Source of the DNA: Myxococcales bacterium
GTDB lineage: Bacteria; Myxococcota_A; Polyangia; Polyangiales; Polyangiaceae
DNA length: 64,000 bases
NCBI GenBank assembly: GCA_043747615.1
Contig: JAYTOU010000003.1
Coordinates: forward strand, 96,001 to 160,000
Direction of reading: 5' to 3'
The position numbers and the translations under genes are program-made. Below the pieces are notes generated by a model. The model searched no databases, was not told where the DNA came from, and worked only from the letters and a program-made list of their open reading frames with translations. Below, one piece after another: positions 38,123-47,315 of this stretch. Numbering within the stretch: position 1 is the first letter of the stretch; each line of letters starts with the position of its first letter.

Positions 38123-39954
38123 GTTTTGACCGCGCCGCCGTCGGCATCCTCTGCTTCGTCCGTGCCGTCTGCGCCATCGGCCGCCGCCGGGCGATCCATG
38201 CGTGCGGGCGCGCTCACCCCGAGGATCTCCAGCGCCGCCGCGTAAACGATCCGGATGGACTCGAGCCACGCGAGGCGCGCCGCCGTCTTCGGGCGGTCCC
38301 ACCGCGACTCCCAACCGGTGACGGCTCGCGCCGAGGCGGGAGGCAGGATGGGATCGGATTTCAATCGCGTGAAGTAGCTCTGAAACTCGCGCGCGAGCTC
38401 CTGAACGTAGTTGACGAGCTTATGCGGCTCACGCGTCGCCGCTGCGCTGGCCACGGCCTCCGGAAATTCGGAGAGCCGCGACGCGAGCGCGAGCTCGTCG
38501 GGATGAACGAGCGTCGCCCATGCCGCCGGCGCGAGATGCGTGTCGAGCGGCATGCCCAGCTCGCCTGCCTTGCGCAAGATGGAGCAGAGCCGCGCGTAGC
38601 CGTATTGCACGTAAAAAACAGGGTTATCGAGGCTCTTCTTCTTCGCCAGATCGAGGTCGAACTCGATATTGGTGTTCGCACTTCGCGAGTTGAAGAAAAA
38701 GCGGAGGGCGTCGCGTCCGGCGCCGCTTCTGCCGGCGGCGTCATCGATTTCGTCCATCACCTCCTCGGTGGTGACGAAGTTTCCCGCGCGCTTGGAGGAC
38801 TTTACGACCTGACCGTCTTTGAGGATGTACACGAGCTGGTAGAGGAGAGCTTCGAATTTTCCTTCGGGGAGCCCGAGGGCAGCGAGCGCGTTTCGGACCC
38901 GGGCGACGTAGCCGTGGTGATCGGCGCCGAGCACCGTGATCAACCGGTCGTACCCGCGCTCCACCTTGTCGGCGTGGTAGGCGATGTCGCTCGCAAAGTA
39001 CGTGTAGTTTCCATCTGATTTCTGGACGACGCGATCCTTGTCGTCGGCGTCGTCTTTGGCGACGAAGAAGAGCGCGCCTTCCTTGCGCACCAAGTGCCCG
39101 GTCGTCTCCAGCTGCTGCAAGGCGACGCCGACGGCGCCCCAGCGATGAAGTGACTCCTCGCTGAACCAGACGTCGAAATGAATGCCTAACGCCGCGAGCG
39201 TGCGGCGAATTCCGGGGAGCGTACGCGAGCCGGGGATGCCGTGGAGCATCCAGGTGACCACGGTGCGGGAGAGGACGTCTTTGTCGCCCGTGAACACCGC
39301 TGGATTCGTGTTGTTGAGGAAGTTCGCGAGCTCTCTCACGTACTCGCCTTGATAGCCGTCTTCGGGGGCCGCTTCGCCGCGCGCGACGGCGCCGACGCTT
39401 TCCGCGAACAGACGGATCTGGTTTCCGAAATCGTTGACGTAGTACTCGCGGGTCACGCGGTTGCCGGTGGCCTCGAGGAGGCGCCCGACGGTGTCGCCGA
39501 AGATGGCGTTTCGTCCGGAGGCGACGTTGATCGGACCGGTCGGATTCGCGCTGACGAACTCGAGATCGACGCGCTCCCCCGTCCCGCTCGGCGCGCGACC
39601 AAAGGCCGGCCCGGCACGCAGGATGCCCTCGAGCTCGGCGTGGATCGCAGCGGGATGGACGCGAAGGTTGACGAAGCCGGGACCTGCAAGCTCGGCGCTG
39701 CGCACGACGGGGTCGCCTTCCAGCGCCTTCACCAGCGCCTCGGCGATCGCGCGCGGCGGTATTTTCACCCGCTTGGTGAGCACCATCGCTGCGTTGGTTG
39801 CGAGGTCGCCGTGCTCAGCTCGCTTGGGCCGTTCCACGGTCCAGGCCGTGGCCTCGGCGACGCTACTCGCTCCATCGGCGCCGAGCGCGCCTTCGGCAGC
39901 GAGCCGTTGAAGGGCGCTTTGGATCCGAATGCGAACGCGGTCGGCGAGGCTCAT
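38119..39954 (-). CDS. argS: Arginine--tRNA ligase
   Basis: 'HGDLATN', 'GPGFVN', 'EFVSANPTGP', 'EYYVND.GNQ', 'GADHHGY', 'NPVFYVQY'. Confidence 0.96.
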   Translation of the reverse strand: MSLADRVRIRIQSALQRLAAEGALGADGASSVAEATAWTVERPKRAEHGDLATNAAMVLTKRVKIPPRAIAEALVKALEGDPVVRSAELAGPGFVNLRVHPAAIHAELEGILRAGPAFGRAPSGTGERVDLEFVSANPTGPINVASGRNAIFGDTVGRLLEATGNRVTREYYVNDFGNQIRLFAESVGAVARGEAAPEDGYQGEYVRELANFLNNTNPAVFTGDKDVLSRTVVTWMLHGIPGSRTLPGIRRTLAALGIHFDVWFSEESLHRWGAVGVALQQLETTGHLVRKEGALFFVAKDDADDKDRVVQKSDGNYTYFASDIAYHADKVERGYDRLITVLGADHHGYVARVRNALAALGLPEGKFEALLYQLVYILKDGQVVKSSKRAGNFVTTEEVMDEIDDAAGRSGAGRDALRFFFNSRSANTNIEFDLDLAKKKSLDNPVFYVQYGYARLCSILRKAGELGMPLDTHLAPAAWATLVHPDELALASRLSEFPEAVASAAATREPHKLVNYVQELAREFQSYFTRLKSDPILPPASARAVTGWESRWDRPKTAARLAWLESIRIVYAAALEILGVSAPARMDRPAAADGADGTDEAEDADGGAVKT

Positions 39955-40030
39955 CGTGTGTCTTTGCGGTAGCCCCCGCGAGCCTCCGCCGTCAACATTT
40001 CGGCCAGGATTTCTGGTACATCGTAGCGTC

Positions 40031-41347
40031 ATGATGTCGCGCAAATCTTCGTTCGCGGTCGCGCTTGTCGCGCTCGCTGCGTGCAGCGCGACGCCGAAGG
40101 GCACGCTGGTTCTAACGACCGGAGGCGAGACGGGCATCTTCTCGCGAGCTCCCGTACCGACGAAGCTTTACGTCGACGCCCTCGGCAAGGACGGCGGGGC
40201 CTCGCGTCTCGTGACCGCGAAGCTCCCCGCCGACAACGTCGACCTCGGCGATCAGAGCGCCAACGCGATCGTGAGTCTCCATGTCACGGCCGTCGACGAC
40301 GCCGAAACAATTCTGATCGAGGGAACCTCGGTACCCGTGCAGCTCGGCGCGCTCGCAGATCTCGGCCTCCCCGTTTTCGTTCAGCGGAACGGAGAGTTTG
40401 CTCGGCTTCCCTCACCGTTTTCCGAGGTGCGCGACGCCCCGCTCAGCGCGCTCGTCATCGGCCGGTATCTCCTCGTTGCCGGAGGAAGCGACACGGCGAA
40501 AGCCACCCATAGCCAGCTCTATGATTTCGGTTCCCTCAGCCCGTTCGAGTCGCCTCCGATCCTCCCCCGTGCGCCGCGAAGCATGGCCGCGCTCGGGACG
40601 AAGGTGCTCCTCGTCGACGACGCCGGGGCATCGTGGTTTCAGCTCGCGGACTCCACGTTCTCCGACGCCACCGCGCCGAGCGGAGGCTCCTTCGCCGAAG
40701 TCGCTGGGGGAAGGACGATCATTGGCAGCGACAAGACGCTGTGGATCGTCGGCGGAACGCGGGCCAAGGGAGATGCCACCTTACGCGTCCTGCGCGTGGG
40801 GACCGATGCGTCCTTGAGCTTCGTCGCCCTCACTGCGGCTCGTCTCGGCGCTTCGGCGGCGTGGGTCGAAGGCCGCGGAGTCGTCGTCGCGGGCGGGAGC
40901 ACGACAGCCGCGGGCCTGGAAATTCTCGGCGCGGGAGCGAGCGCCGCCACCGCACTTCCGTTTCCGCCGGATCCGACATCGGGCCAGGCGGCGTGCGCGC
41001 TCGACGGCTCGCATCTCCTGCTCACGGGGGGATCCGATCCCTCCGGCACCACTCCGCCCTCGCGCGTGGCGGACCTCACGTGTGGAAGTGGATGCGCTCC
41101 GGCGGGATGGACAGCGAGGCTCCCCTCGCCCTTTCCGCAGGCCCAGCTCTTTGCGATCGACGCGAACACGGCGTTCTTCGTCGGCGATGATCCTGCGGGG
41201 CTAACGCGCGCGTTTCGTCTGACCGCGAACGCCTCGACCGAGGTGATGCTCAAGGTTCCGCGTCACGGAGCCCGCGCGATTGCCACGTACGGAGGCTCCA
41301 TCGCTCTCGTCGGCGGCGCGCCCGAGCTCGAGTACTTTATTCCGTAG
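40031..41347 (+). CDS. Kelch-like beta-propeller lipoprotein
   Basis: Lipobox LAAC; repeated 'LLVAGG/WIVGG/VVVAGG/LLLTGG'. Confidence 0.75.
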   Translation: MMSRKSSFAVALVALAACSATPKGTLVLTTGGETGIFSRAPVPTKLYVDALGKDGGASRLVTAKLPADNVDLGDQSANAIVSLHVTAVDDAETILIEGTSVPVQLGALADLGLPVFVQRNGEFARLPSPFSEVRDAPLSALVIGRYLLVAGGSDTAKATHSQLYDFGSLSPFESPPILPRAPRSMAALGTKVLLVDDAGASWFQLADSTFSDATAPSGGSFAEVAGGRTIIGSDKTLWIVGGTRAKGDATLRVLRVGTDASLSFVALTAARLGASAAWVEGRGVVVAGGSTTAAGLEILGAGASAATALPFPPDPTSGQAACALDGSHLLLTGGSDPSGTTPPSRVADLTCGSGCAPAGWTARLPSPFPQAQLFAIDANTAFFVGDDPAGLTRAFRLTANASTEVMLKVPRHGARAIATYGGSIALVGGAPELEYFIP

Positions 41348-41362
41348 TCTCGAGCGCTTGGT

Positions 41363-42232
41363 CTAACGTATCTCGAGTGCTTCGAGGGAGCCGAACGGCG
41401 TGACGACACGTCGCGCGAGCGGCGCTTGCACCCGCGCATTTGGCCACACGACACACTCGTGGAGCGCGCCCTCACCCGTCACCTCCGCGCGCGCTCCGAC
41501 GACGCTTGCCTGGAGACGCACCGACGAGGCGACCCGCGCCTCCTCCGACGCCCAGCCGTCGCGGCCATCCAACCACTCGAGGTTCGCGCGCAGGTAGCTC
41601 GCCGGCGATCCGAAATCGCGGAAGGGCCGCGCGCTCTCGAACACGGTGAGCGTGGCGCCGCGTCGGAGCGCTGGAAGAAAGAGCTCCCCTACCAGGCAGC
41701 CGCGCGGAGGGAGCAGCGCACGGAGCGCGCCTCCTAAGAGGTGGACGCCGACATACTCGCCGCCCCGTACTTCCCCGAGCGACGTCGTCTCTTGACGAAG
41801 GCGCACGATCCGCCCGCTTGCGTCCGTTCCGACATTCCCGGCGCCGCGAGGTCCGGGGCGAACCACCAGCGTCGCCTCGCCGCGGTGAGCACGGAGGAGC
41901 TCGGCCGGATCGAGATCGACGAGGATGTCTCCATTCCACACGAGGATGTCGCCCCCCCCAAGCAGCGCAGAGGCGTGAGCGACCCCACCGGCGGTTCCGA
42001 GAAGCTCGGCCTCGACGGAAACGAGGACGTCGCCCGAGCGGCTGCGGGCAAACGCTTCGATGTCTGCAGCCCTGTGGTGAGCGTTGACGACCGTGCGCGC
42101 GCCGACCAACCGATCGAGAATGTGAGCGAGCGCCGGGCGATCTCCGATCGGTACGAGAGGCTTCGCGCACCACTCCGTCAGCGGGCGGAGGCGCGTTCCC
42201 AAGCCAGCGCACAGGATCATCGCGGCAATCAC
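41363..42232 (-). CDS. Sugar-phosphate nucleotidyltransferase (NTP_transferase family)
   Basis: 'AMILCAGLGTRLRPLT...KPLVPI', 'LLGTAGG', 'NGDIL'. Confidence 0.9.
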   Translation of the reverse strand: MIAAMILCAGLGTRLRPLTEWCAKPLVPIGDRPALAHILDRLVGARTVVNAHHRAADIEAFARSRSGDVLVSVEAELLGTAGGVAHASALLGGGDILVWNGDILVDLDPAELLRAHRGEATLVVRPGPRGAGNVGTDASGRIVRLRQETTSLGEVRGGEYVGVHLLGGALRALLPPRGCLVGELFLPALRRGATLTVFESARPFRDFGSPASYLRANLEWLDGRDGWASEEARVASSVRLQASVVGARAEVTGEGALHECVVWPNARVQAPLARRVVTPFGSLEALEIR

Positions 42233-42308
42233 GCTCGATAGAGAGCACGATTTCAAGGCAGTGCTCAAATTTTGGAGGGATCCGTCCTCACGTAGTACGC
42301 AGAGGGAG

Positions 42309-42755
42309 ATGCAAAGGTTCGCAACTCGTGCGCGTGCGGTGGTCGTCTTGGGACGCACCGTCATTGCTATCGCCGTCGGGGGCGCCATCGCCGCGGGTTG
42401 TGGAACCGACGCGGTCGGCGTCGAGACCTGCCGCACCATCGAGACTACGCGCTGCGAGCAAGCGCCGCGCTGCCCCGGCGTCGACCTGAACGTGCCCCTC
42501 CATCGCGACTCGCCCAAGACCGATGTCGAAGCCTGCATCCGATTTTATCGCGACGCGTGTCTCCACGGGCTGAGCACCGGCGATCCCGGCGGGCCCGCAA
42601 CCCAAGCGTGCGTCAACGCGATCAAGACGAAGGACTGCGACATCGTCCTCCACCCCGAGCACGACGTGGCGTGTCTGTGGTTGAACCCCGCGCCGGACGC
42701 AGGGGTCGATGCCCCCGTGGACGCGACCGACGCCGCCGATAGCGCTCCGGAGTAG
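42309..42755 (+). CDS. Cys-rich hypothetical lipoprotein
   Basis: GAGGGAG SD, lipobox AAGC, eight further Cys, tail 'DAGVDAPVDATDAADS'. Confidence 0.75.
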   Translation: MQRFATRARAVVVLGRTVIAIAVGGAIAAGCGTDAVGVETCRTIETTRCEQAPRCPGVDLNVPLHRDSPKTDVEACIRFYRDACLHGLSTGDPGGPATQACVNAIKTKDCDIVLHPEHDVACLWLNPAPDAGVDAPVDATDAADSAPE

Positions 42756-42772
42756 GGGCGGTCGTAGGTCGG

Positions 42773-43972
42773 CTAGCCCTCGTCCTCGGTCGCCGATGGC
42801 AACCCGGGATCTTCCTCTTGCTCTACGGCGTCAACGGGAAGATGCACGCGGGTGGCATGCACGCGCTCGTCGAGCTCGACGCGCCAAAAGGAGGGGCCGT
42901 CTCCACTCCGGCAGCCGAGCGTGAGTGACGGAGAGGCCAGCAGGCGGAAATGGCATCCTGCGGGTTGGCGCTCCTCGCTGATGTGGCGATGGCCGTGCAT
43001 GACGAGCGTGGCCCCGATGTCGTTGAACACCTCGGCCACACCCTTCGCGTCGTCGAGGCGCATACCGATCTCCGAGGGCGCGCTTCTCCCGATCCCGTGC
43101 GGCAGAGGAACGACGTGATGATGAAGCGCGACCATCCGGTGTTTCGCTCGAATCCATTCAGGGGTCTTCGCGAGCGCCCGCAGGTAGGCGATCTGGGCTT
43201 CGCCGATCGCGCCGTTGTGGCGGAAAAAACGGCGTTGTGGACGTGAGCACGAGTCAAGACCCACGAGGATGGCGTCCCCATCTGCGAGCACCTGGGACCA
43301 CGCACCGGAAGAATCGAGACGAAGACCGAGGCGCTCGGCGAAGTCTTGCCATGCGGCGCGCTTGCTCTGCGCCGTCGGGCGAGGACGGCCGCTCCCCGCG
43401 AGCGGAAAGAGGTAGAGGTCGTGGTTGCCGGGAATGGCGAAAAGGCGGCTGCGGTCCTTGTAGCGGCGGAACGCTGCCTCGATGAGCTCGTAGCCGTCGC
43501 CATCATCGGTGAGATCGCCGGTGATGAGGACCGCGTCGGGCTCGCTCTCGTCGACGACGCGCGCGGCGCGAAGAAGGCGCACGTTCGAATTCTTGGGCGT
43601 GACGGTGGCCATTACTTTGAGCGCGCCGTCGGTCGGAATGCCGCGCGCGAGGGTCATCGCTCTACGCGCTTCGAGGTGGCAGGCCTTCCACGCGGCGCGT
43701 TCGACCGGGTCGATGATCCCGTCGGCCTGACGGCTCGTAGGCACGGGATGCGAGTATCCCTCGGGATCGACAAGGCTGATCTTGCTCCGCTTCGCCTCCC
43801 GCAGGTGAAGGACCTTCCAGCCCGCCTCTTCCCAGAAAACTTCGTAATGGGACGCGCTGACGTCTGCCTGCCTGGCACTTCTTTTTACGATGCGCGCGCG
43901 ATCGTGGAAGGTGTCACCGAACGTCGAGATGTGGAGGTCCGAGACGTGAGCCAAGATGAAGGGCTTGGTCAT
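42773..43972 (-). CDS. Calcineurin-like metallophosphoesterase (Icc/CpdA-like) with large insertion
   Basis: 'SDLH', 'TGDLTD', 'PGNHD', 'LHHH', 'HGHRH'. Confidence 0.88.
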   Translation of the reverse strand: MTKPFILAHVSDLHISTFGDTFHDRARIVKRSARQADVSASHYEVFWEEAGWKVLHLREAKRSKISLVDPEGYSHPVPTSRQADGIIDPVERAAWKACHLEARRAMTLARGIPTDGALKVMATVTPKNSNVRLLRAARVVDESEPDAVLITGDLTDDGDGYELIEAAFRRYKDRSRLFAIPGNHDLYLFPLAGSGRPRPTAQSKRAAWQDFAERLGLRLDSSGAWSQVLADGDAILVGLDSCSRPQRRFFRHNGAIGEAQIAYLRALAKTPEWIRAKHRMVALHHHVVPLPHGIGRSAPSEIGMRLDDAKGVAEVFNDIGATLVMHGHRHISEERQPAGCHFRLLASPSLTLGCRSGDGPSFWRVELDERVHATRVHLPVDAVEQEEDPGLPSATEDEG

Positions 43973-43991
43973 GTGGACCGAACCGACGAGC

Positions 43992-44486
43992 TCACATGCC
44001 CGCGACGATCTTGTACCCCTCGCCGTCTGGGACGAGCTCGAGCCGGTTGTCGGCGATGCTGTGCTTCCACTCCTGCCCTTTCACGCCAGGGATCCGGAAG
44101 CTCGCCGCGTACGTGTAGTCTACATAGATGCGGTTCGACTCGGTGAAGGTCACCTTGCGGTACCGAATCTCGTAGCGGATCTGGGTGGTACGGACGAAGG
44201 CCGTTAGTAGGTAGTCCTTGAGGCCATCGAAATCGATGTCGTCTTCGTCGTTCGTGTTGCCGCCGTCCTCGTGGTAGCGCGGGCTCGCCATTTTCAAGAG
44301 CGATCCGACGTTCTTGTCCTCGACGGCGTGGCGGTAGTCCTCGCAGAAGAGGACCACTTTTCGGTTGTCGCTGTTGTCCTCGACATCCGTGTTCGGGATG
44401 TTCGTCTTGGAGCACCCGAAGGCAAGAGCCGCGAGCAGCGCGACGACGACGAGGAGCGGAGAGAAGGAATGGAGCGGGCGGGGCAT
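43992..44486 (-). CDS. NTF2-like/DUF4440-like lipoprotein
   Basis: Lipobox AFGC, 'YRHAVEDKNVGSLLKMAS..Y', ends 'YKIVAGM'. Confidence 0.78.
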   Translation of the reverse strand: MPRPLHSFSPLLVVVALLAALAFGCSKTNIPNTDVEDNSDNRKVVLFCEDYRHAVEDKNVGSLLKMASPRYHEDGGNTNDEDDIDFDGLKDYLLTAFVRTTQIRYEIRYRKVTFTESNRIYVDYTYAASFRIPGVKGQEWKHSIADNRLELVPDGEGYKIVAGM

Positions 44487-44626
44487 CGTTGGGTGAGCTC
44501 CCCTCGTGCAAGGGGCATTCCCGCTGCGTCGATGGGAAAACGAGCCACTTTGCGCAGTGGTCCGTCACCGGATGTTTGCCACTTTGGCGGGCAACTTCCG
44601 ATGGGGCCGCTCCCCTCGCCAAATGG

Positions 44627-46552
44627 TCAGACCGCACGAAACGCGACCCTCGCGTGAGCGCCCCACGGTGACGACCCGCGGACGAAGATAGGAGCTCGGG
44701 CTTGCGTGAGCGGGAGAAGCGCGGCGTGGCCGACGGGACAAGGCTCGGTCGCGGAGCCGTGCTCGAGGCGGAGGATGATCTCTTCAATCCTAGCGTACGC
44801 AGAGGGAGCGCTCGTCACGAGGAGAGCGACGGCACCCGTTTGTGCCTTGCCATAGGAGGCGGCGGACTCGAGCGCGTGAACGGCGGGGCCAACCTCGTCT
44901 ACGCCGACGACCACGAGCGCGTCGGCATCCCCCGCGGCGACGAGCTGGGCGGCGACGGCGAGCGCCTCCACCGCGCCGTGCAGTCCGCTCCCGAGCGCGA
45001 GGCCCGGACCCGTGAGCCCGAACGCCACGCCGCACTCGCCAGCGACCGCGTTCGGTGAGGTATACGCGAAGCGACGAGGCTCGACGAAGCGGGCGCCGCG
45101 ATCGCGCAATCGGACATGAAATAGGCGGTTGGTCTCGAGGGTGGCGTAGGCGTGGCCGACGACGATGCCTGCTCCTTTGAGCGAGCCTACGGCGTCCTCC
45201 AGCTTGGCTACTGCAGCGAGCGCGTAGCGAACGAGGTCGTCGGCGCGCGTGATCTTGTCGAGCCCCCATCCCACGCGCGAGGCAAGCTCGGAGGCGCTCG
45301 GGTCTTCGAGGATCGCAACCGCCTGCGACGCATACGCTGCGCGCCGCCGGTGAGCTTGTGCAGATGCGCTCGCCTCGCGGGTGATGACGAGGGCCGCATT
45401 CGCTCCCCCGAACGCCGCGGACAATTTGAGCGCGACGTCGACCCGGCCCGCGGTGGCCGTCTCGAGGAGCCGTCCGGGGAGCGCTCCGTCGACGGGGGAG
45501 ACTACGGGCGTCGCGGGAAAAATTCCTCGGGTGATGGCGTCGATGCATCCGATCGTCTCGAGCGCCCCCGCCGCGCCGAGCGTATGACCGATCTGCGACT
45601 TGACCGGAAAAATAAGGGGGTTGGTGTGATTCGCACCGAGCATCATTTCAAGCGCGCGCGCCTCGGCGGCGTCGTTGAACGGCGTCGCGGTCCCATGCGC
45701 GCTCACCAGCGCGACTGCGCTTCCCGAGACGCCCGCATCGGCGAGAGCAGCGCGCCCCGCACGCGCGAGGCCCTCCCCTGTACGGTCCGGCGCCGTGAGG
45801 TGAACCGCATCGGAGGTCGCGCCGAACCCGGACACGAACGCGCGGGCTCCAGACGTCTTGGAGGACGATCGCCCCGCCGGCACCAAGGCGAGCACGGCCG
45901 CGCCTTCGCCGAGCGACATCCCATCACGGCCGACGAGAAACGGACGGGGTGGCACCGCCCCCGTCGTTGCGCGAAGGACCTCGAAGCCGGAAGCAACGAA
46001 GACGCTGAGCGCATCGAAGCCGCCAGCGATCACGAGATCGCACGCGTCCTCGGCGAGCCAACGGGTCCCGAGACCTATGGCCATCGTCGACGCGGAGCAG
46101 GCCGCAAGGAGCAGCGTGACGGGTGCAAAGGCGAGCCCGAGAGCTCTCGACGACGCGACCAGAGGCGCAAAATACGTTGCCCCCACCGCTTCCTCACGGG
46201 TGGGGGGGCGCGAAGTGATCGCAGAAAAAAAGCTCGTCGCTCCGTTCATGGCACCGCTCGAAGTCCCGAGGGAGAGGCCCACCCGTTCCTTTCGCCAGTC
46301 CGGTCGGACCACATCGAGCTCCGCGGCACAGGCGAAGAGCGCTTGCGTGAGAAGGGCCACGGCAGGATCCGATCCGTCCTTGTGCGCGTGGGGGATCCTC
46401 GCCGCGAAGGGCCTAGCGAGTCCTGCGCGGGCGAGCTCTTCGTCGTGCGCGATGGCCACTCGGGGGCGAGCACCGAGCTCTCCAACGCCGCCCGCGGCGA
46501 GCCCTTCACCGAGCGCAGACACGGCGCCGAGCGCGATGATCGCGGCGCTCAC
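44627..46552 (-). CDS. Beta-ketoacyl synthase fused to a catalytically degenerate KS-like (CLF-like) domain
   Basis: N-domain 'AACSAS', 'SAHGTAT', 'GHTLGAAG', 'AFGG'; second domain 'VEPRRFAYTSPNAVAGE' without Cys/His triad. Confidence 0.88.
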   Translation of the reverse strand: MSAAIIALGAVSALGEGLAAGGVGELGARPRVAIAHDEELARAGLARPFAARIPHAHKDGSDPAVALLTQALFACAAELDVVRPDWRKERVGLSLGTSSGAMNGATSFFSAITSRPPTREEAVGATYFAPLVASSRALGLAFAPVTLLLAACSASTMAIGLGTRWLAEDACDLVIAGGFDALSVFVASGFEVLRATTGAVPPRPFLVGRDGMSLGEGAAVLALVPAGRSSSKTSGARAFVSGFGATSDAVHLTAPDRTGEGLARAGRAALADAGVSGSAVALVSAHGTATPFNDAAEARALEMMLGANHTNPLIFPVKSQIGHTLGAAGALETIGCIDAITRGIFPATPVVSPVDGALPGRLLETATAGRVDVALKLSAAFGGANAALVITREASASAQAHRRRAAYASQAVAILEDPSASELASRVGWGLDKITRADDLVRYALAAVAKLEDAVGSLKGAGIVVGHAYATLETNRLFHVRLRDRGARFVEPRRFAYTSPNAVAGECGVAFGLTGPGLALGSGLHGAVEALAVAAQLVAAGDADALVVVGVDEVGPAVHALESAASYGKAQTGAVALLVTSAPSAYARIEEIILRLEHGSATEPCPVGHAALLPLTQARAPIFVRGSSPWGAHARVAFRAV

Positions 46553-47307
46553 AATGCGACTCCTGGCTCATCGGGATCAAGAAAGGCGGCCGCGTCCGGC
46601 GGATCGGAAGAGACCGATTCGACGAGGACCTCGACCTCTAGCCCCGTCACCTCTTGCTTGTAACGCGCGCGATCACCCGGGCCCGGGCGAAGGCTCCGCG
46701 CGACCCATTCGAGCCGATCGCGCGCGTCACCTGGTCCAGTTCGGCGCGTGGCGATGAAGTGCTTGCGCGCGCCTGGCTGCGTGACGAGCTGACGCAAGAA
46801 GACCGTCGCATCGTCGTCGCGCAGGACGTACGTGCGACCGCCGGGGCTATCGTCGATCGTGAGGAGCCGCCCTTCGAGGGGCTCGAGAAACCACCAGTGA
46901 AAAAATCCGATCGGGAGCTCGTCGACCTTCGTCTTCGTGCTTCCGCGGCGGATGGTGTCGAGCGCGGGAATCGAGAAACGCCAGCGCTCACGGGTGACCC
47001 AGACATCGAGCGCAGTCCTGCCGCCCGGTCCGAGGAGAATCATGCGCATGGCCCGATGGGGGTCCACGGCTACCGCGCCGCGCCCTTCGAGAACCCTCCC
47101 CGAGCGAGGTTCGCGCACGGCGACGCGAATCACTTCGACGTACGGTTTGTCGACGACGTTCTGCCGGAGCTCCGCGAGATCCGTCCGCGCTCGAGTCCAT
47201 GCAGCTTGCGTCACCTCGGGTGCGACGGTCTTCGCGGATGCGCACGCAAGCGAGCCGACAGCGAGCCCCAGTAGAGCCGAATGAAAGGCATTTCGCAGCT
47301 GGATCAT
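46549..47307 (-). CDS. Hypothetical lipoprotein, possibly LolB/DUF4292-like fold
   Basis: Lipobox SLAC; beta-rich 'GRGAVAV...MRMILLGPGGRTALDVWV'. Confidence 0.65.
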   Translation of the reverse strand: MIQLRNAFHSALLGLAVGSLACASAKTVAPEVTQAAWTRARTDLAELRQNVVDKPYVEVIRVAVREPRSGRVLEGRGAVAVDPHRAMRMILLGPGGRTALDVWVTRERWRFSIPALDTIRRGSTKTKVDELPIGFFHWWFLEPLEGRLLTIDDSPGGRTYVLRDDDATVFLRQLVTQPGARKHFIATRRTGPGDARDRLEWVARSLRPGPGDRARYKQEVTGLEVEVLVESVSSDPPDAAAFLDPDEPGVAL

Positions 47308-47315
47308 CGCGCGAC

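Noticed and set aside
44490..44626. Cluster of short hairpins upstream of the NTF2-like lipoprotein gene
   Set aside because: Stems are short and expected by chance at this GC content; no recognisable RNA family
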